DNA of 64,000 nt from Bellilinea sp. (GTDB taxonomy: Bacteria > Chloroflexota > Anaerolineae > Anaerolineales > Anaerolineaceae), in NCBI GenBank assembly GCA_036822575.1, contig DAISHK010000008.1, positions 19,514 through 83,513 on the forward strand. The letters run 5' to 3'. The first letter of the stretch is position 1. The number at the start of each line of letters is the position of its first letter. Below the pieces are notes generated by a model, which worked only from the letters and a program-made list of their open reading frames with translations, did no database searches and had not been told where the DNA came from. The translations under genes were made by a program, and so were the position numbers. Shown here one piece after another: positions 42,045 to 51,991 of the stretch.

Positions 42045-43196
42045 TCAATACGTATGCATCCGCGGATCCACCTCGCGCGCCCAGGCGTTAATCCCGCCAG
42101 CCAGGTTTCGCACGTGAACGAAGCCCGCCTTGCGCAGCAGATTAACGGCGCGGGTTGAACGGACGCCCGTACGGCAATAGAGCACATACTCCTGCCGCGG
42201 ATCCAGATCCTGGCTGAGTACCGCGAGTTTTTCCAGCGGCATCAGGATCGCGCCTGGCAACGCAGAAATTTGCTGTTCAACCGCCTCACGCACATCAATC
42301 AGGACTGGCGGATTTTCAGCGCGCAGCCGCTCGGCCAGCGCCTGTACAGACAAATCAAACCCGTCGCCAACCGTATTGGCCGGCTGATGACGCGCCGGCA
42401 CACCGCAGAACTGCTCGTAATCAATCAAATCATGCAATTGCGGGTGCTCACCACAAACCACGCAACCTGGATTTTTCCGCAAATGGATTGTTTGCATATT
42501 CATTTCCAGCGCGTCGTACAGCAGCAGCTTGCCGATCAGCGGCTCGCCAATTTGCAGCGCCAGCTTGATCACTTCAGTTGCCTGCAGCGAGCCGATTGTG
42601 CCAGGCAAGACCCCCAGTACACCCGCGTCCGAACACGGCTGAACGCTGCCCGGTTCAGGCGGGTCTGGAAACAGGCAGCGGTAGCAGGGTCCGCGGCGCG
42701 CGTCGAAAACGCTCACCTGCCCCTCGAAACGAAATATCGAACCGTAAACATAGGGCTTTCCAGTGAATACCGCCAGGTCGTTAAGCAAATAGCGGGTGGT
42801 GAAATTATCAGTACCATCCACCAGAATGTCATAAGGCGCGGAAACCTCCCGCGCATTCGCGGCGGAAAAAACGCTATCGTACACATCGATCTGAATATAC
42901 GGGTTGAGGGCGTGCAGACGCGCCTGCGCTGATTTGACCTTTGGTTTGCCAACCCAGGTCGTATCATGAATGATCTGGCGCTGCAAATTTGAATCATCCA
43001 CCACGTCAAAATCCACCAGCCCGATCCGGCCGATACCGGCGGCCGCCAGGTACAGCGCCGTCGGAGAGCCTAATCCGCCGCTGCCAACAATCAACACAGA
43101 CGTGTTTTTTAATTTTTCCTGTCCGGCCAGGCCGACTTGCGGTACAAGTAAGTGGCGTGAATAACGCGTGATCTCTGCCTGTGAGAGTGTTTGCAT
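42045..43196 (-). CDS. moeB: MoeB/ThiF adenylyltransferase fused to rhodanese (MoeZ/MoeBR)
   Basis: RYSRH, GSGGLGS, SNLQRQ, CYRC, C-terminal DVRE and CRTGVR. Confidence 0.9.
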   Translation of the reverse strand: MQTLSQAEITRYSRHLLVPQVGLAGQEKLKNTSVLIVGSGGLGSPTALYLAAAGIGRIGLVDFDVVDDSNLQRQIIHDTTWVGKPKVKSAQARLHALNPYIQIDVYDSVFSAANAREVSAPYDILVDGTDNFTTRYLLNDLAVFTGKPYVYGSIFRFEGQVSVFDARRGPCYRCLFPDPPEPGSVQPCSDAGVLGVLPGTIGSLQATEVIKLALQIGEPLIGKLLLYDALEMNMQTIHLRKNPGCVVCGEHPQLHDLIDYEQFCGVPARHQPANTVGDGFDLSVQALAERLRAENPPVLIDVREAVEQQISALPGAILMPLEKLAVLSQDLDPRQEYVLYCRTGVRSTRAVNLLRKAGFVHVRNLAGGINAWAREVDPRMHTY

Positions 43197-43367
43197 GGTA
43201 CGATCCTCAACTTTCATGGCTTCATCATACCAAAACGCAGGTCTGATTACGACTGGCAAAATCGAATTTTTTTCGCTATTTCACTTACAGCAAACCTTAA
43301 CTTGAAATTTAGGTTAACGAATGGGCTTGCCCTCGTTGAATCCCCGGAATACCGTTAAAATCAAAGT

Positions 43368-46028
43368 ATGCACGTCATCCTCACCCACGAACAGGCTGAT
43401 TTCGACGCGCTTGCGGCGCTTCTGTCCGCTCACATACTTAACGAACGGGCACTGGCCGTTCTGCCCCGGCGGATGAACCGCAATGTCCGCGCTTTTTTGA
43501 ACCTTTACGGCACCGAACTGCCTTTTATCGAGGCCCGTGACCTGCCGGCTGAAAACATCGAAACCTTGACACTGGTCGATACCCAATCGCTGATCACGCT
43601 TAAAGGGCTGACGCGCAGCACGCAAGTACATGTCATTGATCATCATCCGCTCCGCTCCGATCTGCCCGCGGACTGGCAGGTGCTGACCGAAAAACTCGGG
43701 GCTGTAACCACGGTCTTTGTGGAAAATATTCAGGAACATAACGGCCCGCTGAGCATGCTTCAGGCGACCCTGCTGCTGCTGGGGATTTATGAAGACACCG
43801 GGTCACTCACCTATGCCAACACCACGTCCCGCGATGTACGCGCGGTTGCGTTTCTTTTAGATCAGGGCGCGAACCTGCAATTAATCAAGGATTACTTGAA
43901 TCCGCCGTTGTCCGACGGGCAGCAGGAAATCTATACGCATCTGCTTGCGAATATGGAGACGCTGCAAATCCACGGTCAGCAGATTGTCATCTCGATGGCC
44001 GACGGCAGAGAACTGGATGAAGAAATCTCCAGCATCGCCCACAAAATGCGCGATATGCTCGACCCGGACGCGCTTTTTCTGCTGGTGAACACCCGCGAAG
44101 GCATCCGCCTGGTTGCCCGCTCCACCACCGATCGGGTGGATGTTGCTCTGGCGGCCTCCATCTTTGGCGGCGGCGGGCATGTCCGCGCTGCCGCGGCTTT
44201 GATCAAATCACTGGACGGCATGCCGAAAGACAGTGTTCGCCTGGAACAGGTTTACCAGCGTCTGGTGGATGTGCTTCCGCGCATCGTAGAGGCCGCCATC
44301 ACCGTTGAAAAAATCATGTCCAATAGCCCGCGTACGCTCACCCCGGAGACGCCCGCTCAGGAAGCCTCACGCCTGATGCAGCGCTACGGGTATGAAGGCT
44401 ATCCGGTCGTTAAAGAATATAAAGTGCTGGGGCTGTTGACCCGCCGCGCCGTGGACCGCGCCCTGGCGCATAAGCTCAATTTGCCGGCCGCCAGCTTAAT
44501 GGATGCCGGTGAAGTTGTCGTCTTCCCGAAAGATCCGGTTGAAAAAGTCCAGCAGTTGATGGCGGAAACCGGCTGGGGACAGATTCCGGTTGTGCAGCCC
44601 GAAGATGGAAAAATTATCGGCATCGTGACGCGCACTGACCTGCTTAAATTGATCGGCGGCGGAGATACGACCATCTCTGAACACAACAACCTCTCACAGC
44701 GGCTGAGCGAAGCCCTGCCGCCTGTCCGCCTGGAATTGCTGCGGGTGATCGCCAATATCGCTCATACACAGCATCAGCCGGTTTATATTGTCGGCGGTTT
44801 TGTGCGCGATTTGCTGCTCGACCGGCCTTCGCTTGATTTTGATATTGTCGTCGAAGGCGACGCAATCAGCCTGGCGCAATCCTTGCAGGCTGAATATGGC
44901 GGGCGGGTTACCAGCCATTCGCGGTTTGGCACGGCCAAATGGCAAATCCACGAGATTCACCCGCAGCTGTTCAACCGGCTGGCGCCAAACAGTCCTTATC
45001 AGGCTTTTCAACTGCCAGATTCGCTCGACTTTATCTCAGCGCGTACTGAATTTTACAATTATCCAACCGCGCTGCCCACCGTCGAACGCGGCAGCATCAA
45101 ACTAGACCTGCACCGGCGCGATTTCACCATCAACACCCTGGCCTTGCGTCTGGATGGCCGCTATTTTGCTTCCTTGTATGATTATTGGGGCGGCCTGGCC
45201 GACCTGCAAAAGGGATTGGTACGCGTGCTGCATTCGCTTTCTTTTGTGGACGATCCCACCCGGATGCTGCGGGCTGTACGTTTCGAAACGCGCTTTGATT
45301 TTCAGATTGAACAGCGCACCCTGCAGTTAATGAACGAGGCGCACGACTTGATGCGCCAGGTTTCCGGCGACCGTCTGCGCCACGAACTAGACCTGATTCT
45401 GGCGGAAGACGACCCAACCCAGGCACTGGCGCGCCTGCAGGAAATTGGCCTCTTAACCGCTATTCACGCTGCGCTTTTGTGGAACACAAACCAGGGGCCC
45501 CTGCTGAACTCCGCTTTGCAAGCCCCCCTGCCTGAAGGTTGGAATTTGCCCGATATGATCGGGGCCATTCCGCTGAGACGCGCGCTGGCCTATCTGGTAT
45601 GGCTGATGCCGCTGCCGGCTGAACAGATACAGGGCATTTGTCAGCGCCTGCGCTTCCCGCAGCCGCTGACCGCCGCCATCCTTAGCGGCAGTGCTTTGCT
45701 AGATCAGGTTCAATCTCTGACGCTTCTGCCGCCCAGCCGGGTGGTCGCTCGCCTGGACCAGACTCCCCTGGCGGCCATCTATGGTGTATATTTAAGTAAG
45801 GATGACTCTGCCGTACGCAGGGTGTTGGACCAATATGCCAGAGAATGGCTGCAAATTCAGCCATTGACCGATGGATTTTCTCTCCAGGCCATGGGTGTTG
45901 AACCCGGGCCGGTTTACCGGCAAATCTTATGGGCGCTGCGCGCGGCCCGCCTGGACGGCAAGGTCAGCACACGCGAGCAGGAACGCGCATTGCTCAACCA
46001 GATATTGGATATGAGTGCGGGAGGATAA
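43368..46028 (+). CDS. DHH/DHHA1-CBS-tRNA nucleotidyltransferase (probably A-adding type)
   Basis: ADFD, DHH, GGGGH, two CBS repeats, VGGFVRD..DFD, DLHRRDFTIN, DDPTRMLR. Confidence 0.88.
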   Translation: MHVILTHEQADFDALAALLSAHILNERALAVLPRRMNRNVRAFLNLYGTELPFIEARDLPAENIETLTLVDTQSLITLKGLTRSTQVHVIDHHPLRSDLPADWQVLTEKLGAVTTVFVENIQEHNGPLSMLQATLLLLGIYEDTGSLTYANTTSRDVRAVAFLLDQGANLQLIKDYLNPPLSDGQQEIYTHLLANMETLQIHGQQIVISMADGRELDEEISSIAHKMRDMLDPDALFLLVNTREGIRLVARSTTDRVDVALAASIFGGGGHVRAAAALIKSLDGMPKDSVRLEQVYQRLVDVLPRIVEAAITVEKIMSNSPRTLTPETPAQEASRLMQRYGYEGYPVVKEYKVLGLLTRRAVDRALAHKLNLPAASLMDAGEVVVFPKDPVEKVQQLMAETGWGQIPVVQPEDGKIIGIVTRTDLLKLIGGGDTTISEHNNLSQRLSEALPPVRLELLRVIANIAHTQHQPVYIVGGFVRDLLLDRPSLDFDIVVEGDAISLAQSLQAEYGGRVTSHSRFGTAKWQIHEIHPQLFNRLAPNSPYQAFQLPDSLDFISARTEFYNYPTALPTVERGSIKLDLHRRDFTINTLALRLDGRYFASLYDYWGGLADLQKGLVRVLHSLSFVDDPTRMLRAVRFETRFDFQIEQRTLQLMNEAHDLMRQVSGDRLRHELDLILAEDDPTQALARLQEIGLLTAIHAALLWNTNQGPLLNSALQAPLPEGWNLPDMIGAIPLRRALAYLVWLMPLPAEQIQGICQRLRFPQPLTAAILSGSALLDQVQSLTLLPPSRVVARLDQTPLAAIYGVYLSKDDSAVRRVLDQYAREWLQIQPLTDGFSLQAMGVEPGPVYRQILWALRAARLDGKVSTREQERALLNQILDMSAGG

Positions 46029-46031
46029 CCC

Positions 46032-46565
46032 ATGATCAGCACCTTCCAACCAGCGATAGACCTCAGCAAAGTTCTCATCCGGCGGTTGGTTGCAGCAGAT
46101 TTACCAGCTCTCGAATGGGAAGGCCAGTACACACATTTCAGACGCATGTATCAGGACGCCTTGCGGCGGCAGGAACGCAGCCTGGCAGTGTTGTGGGTTG
46201 CTGAAGAAGATCAGCGCCGGTTGGTAGCCCAGGTATTCATTCAATTAATCTGTGACCGCAAGGAATTAGCCAACGGCGTTGACCGCGCCTACCTGTACGG
46301 ATTTCGGACTCGTCCAGAATATCGCTCGCATGGATTAGGCACGCGCATGGAGCACGCCGTCGAGGAAGACTTGCTCATGCGCGGATTCACATCGCTCACC
46401 TTAAATGTTGCCAAAGAAAACCTGCGCGCTATGCAATTGTATGAACGCCTCGGCTTTCAAATCGTCGCGCATGAGCCGGGCATCTGGTCCTATATTGACC
46501 ATCGCGGCGTGATTCGCCGCATGAATGAACCCGCCTGGCGGATGGAAAAACTACTGCGCCACTAA
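46032..46565 (+). CDS. GNAT N-acetyltransferase
   Basis: PEYRSHGLGT and NLRAMQLYERLGF. Confidence 0.85.
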   Translation: MISTFQPAIDLSKVLIRRLVAADLPALEWEGQYTHFRRMYQDALRRQERSLAVLWVAEEDQRRLVAQVFIQLICDRKELANGVDRAYLYGFRTRPEYRSHGLGTRMEHAVEEDLLMRGFTSLTLNVAKENLRAMQLYERLGFQIVAHEPGIWSYIDHRGVIRRMNEPAWRMEKLLRH

Positions 46566-47159
46566 AGGCAGATTCAGCGCATCCATCAATGCTGCGCCGC
46601 GCAGTCCATCTGAATAAGCCGTCAGCGCTGATTCAATACCAAAAGAATAATGCAGCGTTTCCATATCGGGACTGGAAACAGAAACCCAGGCGGTCCCATC
46701 TAATTTTTCCGCCCCCAAAGTCTGACTATACGAATATAGCACTGCTGTCAGCGTATCCATTGCGCTGCGGATCGAACCGGCCAGTTGATCTTCTAGCGTG
46801 ACGGTCACATAAAGGTCTGTTTGCATCCGCGCGAACCTGCGGACGCTGCCATCCGCATTCAGGCAGTTTTCGCCGTAAGCACTGGCTGTGAACTCGATTT
46901 GTTTGGCCTGTTCAGCCGTCAGTTCGGCCTGTAAAGCTGCGCTGACCGCATCAAGCGGCTGGTTGGCCCAGACATAAGCGCAGGGCTCTTCTGCCGTTGG
47001 GTTGGCCGCTTCCGTGGGCGTTGTTGAATTTTCTGGCAAGATCACAGTCCCCTCATTGGCCGGCGGAAGTGCAACGCAACGACTAATCACGAACAGCGCT
47101 GTCACTGCCAGCCCTAATGGAAGGAATATTGCCAGATATCGTTTACCTTTTCCGCGCAC
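46551..47159 (-). CDS. Hypothetical membrane-anchored or exported protein
   Basis: N-terminal TM, P/T linker, Cys pair; RBS GAGGA before GTG. Confidence 0.6.
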   Translation of the reverse strand: MRGKGKRYLAIFLPLGLAVTALFVISRCVALPPANEGTVILPENSTTPTEAANPTAEEPCAYVWANQPLDAVSAALQAELTAEQAKQIEFTASAYGENCLNADGSVRRFARMQTDLYVTVTLEDQLAGSIRSAMDTLTAVLYSYSQTLGAEKLDGTAWVSVSSPDMETLHYSFGIESALTAYSDGLRGAALMDALNLPLVAQ

Positions 47160-47276
47160 GGGTCCTCATTCAGTATCATTCCGCCAAAATGTTTGTGGCA
47201 AATAGCATTAAAACGTTCCGGCTTAGGCACGCCGCTGATATAATAGGTAAAGTTTGCTTTTTCGTCGTCCCTTGTT

Positions 47277-47305
47277 TTGACAAGGCCAACGAACCGCCTT
47301 AAAAT
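47277..47305 (+). promoter_or_regulatory. Sigma70 promoter of the EF-G-like gene
   Basis: TTGACA-N17-TAAAAT. Confidence 0.7.
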
Positions 47306-47343
47306 AGAAAGGCTAAAACTCCAGATACAGAAGGGTTTGGTTC

Positions 47344-49419
47344 ATGAAAGAGTATACCACTGAGTCTATCCGCAACATCGCACTGGCCTCTCATAGCAGC
47401 GCCGGCAAAACCATGCTGGCGGATGCCCTGCTGAATTTTACGGGAGCCACCACACGTATGGGGAAAGTAGAGGATGGCACTACCGTATCGGACTATGATG
47501 AAGAGGAGGTCCGGCGTGGAATTTCACTGTACACTTCGGTTGTTCCGCTCGAGTATCGGGATGTAAAGATTAACCTTCTGGATACTCCAGGTTATACCGA
47601 TTTTGTCGGTGAAGTAATTTCTGCGATGCGCGTGGCCGACGGCGCCGTAATTTTGGTCGATTCGGTCGCAGGTGCGGAAGTAGGAACCGAAATTGCCTGG
47701 AACCACTGCAATCAATTCAATCTGCCCCGATTCGTTTTGATTAACAAGATGGATCGCGATAACGCCAATTTCCAAAAAGCGCTTGCTTCAATGCAAGAAA
47801 TGGTGGAAATGCGCTTGATCCCGGTGCAGCTGCCCTGGGGCGAAAAAGCCGATTTCAAAGGCGTGATTGACCTGATTACAATGAAAGCCTACAAGGGCGA
47901 TGGCAAGACGGTCGTGGATATTCCGGATGATTTCAAGGATGCCGCTGAAGAGGCCCGCTTCGCCCTGGTTGAAGCTGCCGCTGAAGGCGAAGATGCCCTT
48001 CTGGAAAAATATCTTGAATCGAGCGAACTGAGCAATGAAGAAGTTCTGCGCGGGCTAAAAGCAGTCGTCCGCAGCGCCAGCTATGCGCCGGTATTCGTCA
48101 GCGCTGCCACCAGCCAAATAGGGCTTACTTTATTGCTGGATGCACTGGTTGATTTGATGCCCTCTCCGGCTGATGTTGCAGCGGCTAAAGGCACCGATAA
48201 AAATGATGCTGAGGTCGAAATCAAAGCCAGTGATTCCGGTCCCTTTGCTGCTTATGTTTGGAAAACAACCGCCGATCCCTTTGTTGGCAAGCAGACATTC
48301 TTCCGCGTTTATTCCGGAACAGCCACCAGCGATTCACGCGTTTGGAATGTTAACAAAAACATGGAAGAACGCTTCGGAACCGTCTATATACCCCGCGGCA
48401 AAGAAAATATCGCCATCAAGATTTTGCACACGGGCGATATCGGCATGGTTCCCAAGCTTTCGGAAACCGTCACCAGCAACACGCTGTGCGACAAAGCCCA
48501 CCCCGTCCATTTGCCGATCCCGGTCTATCCGCACGCGCTTTACCGCGTGGCCGTTTATCCCAAAACGCAGGCTGATTCAACCAAGATCAGCCCGACGTTG
48601 ACTCGTCTGTGCGAAGAAGATATGACCCTATCCTGGTACAACGAACAGGCAACCTCGCAGACCATCCTGCAGGGTATGGGTGATCAGCATATCGACGTCG
48701 CCATTCGCCGCGCCGAATCAAAATTCCAGGTCAACCTACTGACCGTTGAGCCGAAAGTGCCCTATCAGGAAACCATCACGCGCAAAGCCACAGCCATGTA
48801 CCGCCACAAGAAACAGACCGGCGGCGCAGGCCAATTCGGTGAAGTTCATCTGCGCGTTGAACCTTTAGCTGAAAAAGAATTTGATTTCACCTGGGAAGTC
48901 TTCGGCGGCGCTGTTTCACAAAGTTATTCGTCCTCCATTCAAAAAGGCATCCACTCCGTGTTGAAAGAAGGCGTCATCGCCGGATATCCGGTACGCGGCG
49001 TGTTGGTCGCTGTGGTGGATGGCAAGGAGCACCCGGTTGACAGTAAGCCAGTGGCGTTTGAAATTGCCGGCCGCGAAGCCTTTAAACTGGCCTTCAAGGA
49101 TGCCGGTCCGGTGCTTTACGAGCCGATCATGAATGTGACCATCGAAGTGCCCGAGGATAATATGGGCGATGTGCTTGGCGATCTGAACACCCGCCGCGCG
49201 CGCGTCCAGGGTATGAATTCCGAAAAAGGCCACTCGATTGTCACCGCCACCGTGCCGCTTTCCGAGATGCTGCGTTACACCACGCAGTTGCGCTCGCTGA
49301 CCGGCGGCCGTGGCATCTTTGACATGGAATTTTCATCCTACGAGGTTGTCCCGCCCCATATTCAGTCCGAAATTGTGGCGGCTCGCCAGAAAGAATTGGC
49401 CGAAAAACACGAGGAGTAA
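47344..49419 (+). CDS. fusA: Elongation factor G paralogue (EF-G2-like)
   Basis: Five-domain EF-G layout; divergent G1 (SHSSAGKT), RGIS, DTPG, NKMD; not in the str operon. Confidence 0.9.
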   Translation: MKEYTTESIRNIALASHSSAGKTMLADALLNFTGATTRMGKVEDGTTVSDYDEEEVRRGISLYTSVVPLEYRDVKINLLDTPGYTDFVGEVISAMRVADGAVILVDSVAGAEVGTEIAWNHCNQFNLPRFVLINKMDRDNANFQKALASMQEMVEMRLIPVQLPWGEKADFKGVIDLITMKAYKGDGKTVVDIPDDFKDAAEEARFALVEAAAEGEDALLEKYLESSELSNEEVLRGLKAVVRSASYAPVFVSAATSQIGLTLLLDALVDLMPSPADVAAAKGTDKNDAEVEIKASDSGPFAAYVWKTTADPFVGKQTFFRVYSGTATSDSRVWNVNKNMEERFGTVYIPRGKENIAIKILHTGDIGMVPKLSETVTSNTLCDKAHPVHLPIPVYPHALYRVAVYPKTQADSTKISPTLTRLCEEDMTLSWYNEQATSQTILQGMGDQHIDVAIRRAESKFQVNLLTVEPKVPYQETITRKATAMYRHKKQTGGAGQFGEVHLRVEPLAEKEFDFTWEVFGGAVSQSYSSSIQKGIHSVLKEGVIAGYPVRGVLVAVVDGKEHPVDSKPVAFEIAGREAFKLAFKDAGPVLYEPIMNVTIEVPEDNMGDVLGDLNTRRARVQGMNSEKGHSIVTATVPLSEMLRYTTQLRSLTGGRGIFDMEFSSYEVVPPHIQSEIVAARQKELAEKHEE

Positions 49420-49437
49420 ATCCTGCGCCAATTTTCC

Positions 49438-49467
49438 AACGCCTCCCGCTTGCAGGGAGGCGTTTTT
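49438..49467 (+). terminator. Intrinsic terminator
   Basis: aacgcctccc...gggaggcgttttt. Confidence 0.75.
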
Positions 49468-49528
49468 CATTCACCGAGAGAGCCATTATTTCAAGCCGGG
49501 TGAATCAATCTGAATACAAGGAGACAGA

Positions 49529-49855
49529 ATGCAAATTTCTGAATTAACGCAGGCCATGCACCAGTTGGTTGCATCCAAAGGCTGGTATGATCAGGACAGT
49601 ATGCGGCCGCAGACCGCGCGCAATATCGCCGTCTCACTCAGCCTGGAAGCTGCCGAAGTTCTGGAGCATTTCCAATGGAGCGACGATTGTCGCCGGCCAG
49701 AAGAGCTGCCGGGTGAACTGGCGGATGTCGCTCTTTATCTGCTGCAATTGGCGGCCATAACCCAGATTGACCTGGAGCAGGCTATTCTGGATAAGATTAA
49801 AATCAATCAGTCGCGCACCTGGGATGATGATCTCAAATCAAATGGTGTTCAATAG
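49529..49855 (+). CDS. MazG-like nucleotide pyrophosphohydrolase
   Basis: EAAEVLEHFQW...ELADV. Confidence 0.85.
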   Translation: MQISELTQAMHQLVASKGWYDQDSMRPQTARNIAVSLSLEAAEVLEHFQWSDDCRRPEELPGELADVALYLLQLAAITQIDLEQAILDKIKINQSRTWDDDLKSNGVQ

Positions 49856-49918
49856 TGATCGCGTACGGGTCTATCACCGCAGGCAGCACAGTCTAATTCT
49901 TTTTCGAGGACAGCAACC

Positions 49919-50458
49919 ATGAAAATTACTGTTTTTGGCAGCGCCCGGCCGGTAGCCGGTGACGCAGATTACGAGCAGGCATACCGGTTAGGTAAATTGA
50001 TTGCCGCTAATGGCGCGGCCGCGATTACCGGAGGCTATGGCGGTACCATGTCAGCCGTTTCTGCCGGCGCCAGTGCGGCCGGCGGGCATGTGATTGGGGT
50101 AACCTGCCGGCAAATCCGCGATTGGTCCGGCTCAAAAGCTAATCAGTGGGTCAAGGAAGAAGTGCTGTGCGCCACTTTACCAGAGCGCATCGAACGGCTG
50201 ATCCATTTATGTGACGCCGCCATCGCGCTGCCCGGCGGGCCAGGCACGTTGGCGGAAATCAGCCTTTTTTGGAATCTGGCGGTTATTGACGCCATTCCCG
50301 GCAAGCCGCTGGTGATGGTCGGCCTGGGCTGGAAAACGGTATTTGAAACCATGCGGGCCGATTTAGGCGCTTACGCCCCTCCGGAAAACTGGCGGCTGCT
50401 CCATTACGCAGACAGTGTTGAGGAAGCCTTTACTGCCGCACAACAACTCTGTCAATAA
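49919..50458 (+). CDS. LOG-family (lysine-decarboxylase-like) protein
   Basis: VFGSA, TGGYGGTM, LPGGPGTLAE. Confidence 0.88.
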   Translation: MKITVFGSARPVAGDADYEQAYRLGKLIAANGAAAITGGYGGTMSAVSAGASAAGGHVIGVTCRQIRDWSGSKANQWVKEEVLCATLPERIERLIHLCDAAIALPGGPGTLAEISLFWNLAVIDAIPGKPLVMVGLGWKTVFETMRADLGAYAPPENWRLLHYADSVEEAFTAAQQLCQ

Positions 50459-50551
50459 GCCATCCGCCAGGTCAGGTACATTCAATCGCTTTTGCCTGAC
50501 AGAATTTTATGAATTCAGGATAGAATTAGGAAAAACTTTCAGGATTTGATC

Positions 50552-51985
50552 ATGAGCAATGTGAAACTACCCTCCCGCAGTGAAAACTATTCCGAATGGT
50601 ACAACCAGGTCATCCAGCGCGCCGAATTGGCCGATTACGCTCCGGTACGCGGCTGCATGGTTGTACGCCCGTATGGCTGGGCACTCTGGGAGGCAATTCA
50701 GCGTGAACTCGACCAGCGCTTTAAAGCCACCGGCCATTCAAACGCAGCCTTTCCCTTGTTTATCCCCATGTCCTTTCTGGAAAAGGAAAAGGAGCATGTT
50801 GAAGGATTTTCACCGGAACTGGCCGTGGTAACCGTAGGCGGCGGAGAGCAGTTGGAAGAGCCACTGGTGGTTCGCCCGACCTCAGAAACCATCATCGGCT
50901 ATATGTACTCAAAATGGATCAAATCTTACCGCGATCTGCCGGTGTTAATTAACCAATGGGGCAACGTTGTGCGCTGGGAAATGCGCACGCGCATGTTCCT
51001 GCGCACCCTGGAATTCTACTGGCAGGAAGGCCATACCGCCCACGCGACCGAAGCCGAAGCCATAGCTGAAACCAGGCAAATGCTGGATGTTTACACCGAT
51101 TTTGCCATAAACGAAGCCGCTGTCCCGGTCATTCCGGGACGGAAGAGCGAAACCGAGAAATTTGCCGGCGCGATTGCCTCGTACACCATCGAAGCCATGA
51201 TGGGGGATACCAAAGCCCTGCAGGCCGGGACATCGCATTTTCTCGGCCAAAATTTTGCGAAAGCCTTCGAAATCCAATATTTAGACGCCGGCAACCAATT
51301 GCAACACTGCTGGACAACCTCCTGGGGGCTCTCGACGCGCTTCATTGGGGCCATTATCATGACCCACGGCGATGACCAGGGGCTGGTGCTGCCGCCGCGT
51401 TTAGCGCCAATTCAAATTGTGGTCGTCCCCATTTTCCGGAGCGACGAAGAACGCGCCAAAGTCATGCCCATAGCTGACCAGGTCAGCCAGGCATTATCTG
51501 CCTTCCGCGTTAAAGTAGATGACCGCACCGAAGTTACACCTGGTTTCAAGTTCAACGATTGGGAAATGCGCGGCGTCCCCCTGCGGATTGAAATCGGCCC
51601 GAAAGATGTCGATAATGGCGTGGTCACCATCGCGCGGCGCTACCTGCCCGGTAAAGCCGGTAAGTCCGCTCTCGCGCTGGATAATCTTGCCCAGCAAATT
51701 GGTGTGGTTCTGGATGAAATCCACAACGCCATGTTGGATAAAGCCACACGCTTCCGAGATGCCAATATCCATGAGCCGAACACCTACGCCGAACTGCTCA
51801 CAACGGTAGAAAACGGCTGGGCTTACGCCGGCTGGTGCGGCGGCAAAGATTGTGAAGCCAAAGTCAAAGAGGCCAGCAAAGCCACTACCCGCTGCATGCC
51901 GCTCGACCAGCCTGAGGATAAAGGCGTCTGCGTGGTCTGCGGAAAACCGGCCACTGCCAAAGTTTACTTTGCCCGCGCGTATTAG
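50552..51985 (+). CDS. proS: Proline--tRNA ligase, eukaryote/archaeal type
   Basis: RPTSET, WQEGHT, QAGTSHFLGQNF, C-terminal FARAY. Confidence 0.97.
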   Translation: MSNVKLPSRSENYSEWYNQVIQRAELADYAPVRGCMVVRPYGWALWEAIQRELDQRFKATGHSNAAFPLFIPMSFLEKEKEHVEGFSPELAVVTVGGGEQLEEPLVVRPTSETIIGYMYSKWIKSYRDLPVLINQWGNVVRWEMRTRMFLRTLEFYWQEGHTAHATEAEAIAETRQMLDVYTDFAINEAAVPVIPGRKSETEKFAGAIASYTIEAMMGDTKALQAGTSHFLGQNFAKAFEIQYLDAGNQLQHCWTTSWGLSTRFIGAIIMTHGDDQGLVLPPRLAPIQIVVVPIFRSDEERAKVMPIADQVSQALSAFRVKVDDRTEVTPGFKFNDWEMRGVPLRIEIGPKDVDNGVVTIARRYLPGKAGKSALALDNLAQQIGVVLDEIHNAMLDKATRFRDANIHEPNTYAELLTTVENGWAYAGWCGGKDCEAKVKEASKATTRCMPLDQPEDKGVCVVCGKPATAKVYFARAY

Positions 51986-51991
51986 AAGGTC

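Noticed and set aside
41054..43196. MoeB-rhodanese as the E1 of a ubiquitin-like defence system
   Set aside because: Ordinary MoeZ architecture; no Ubl, E2 or JAB gene nearby; host-like composition.
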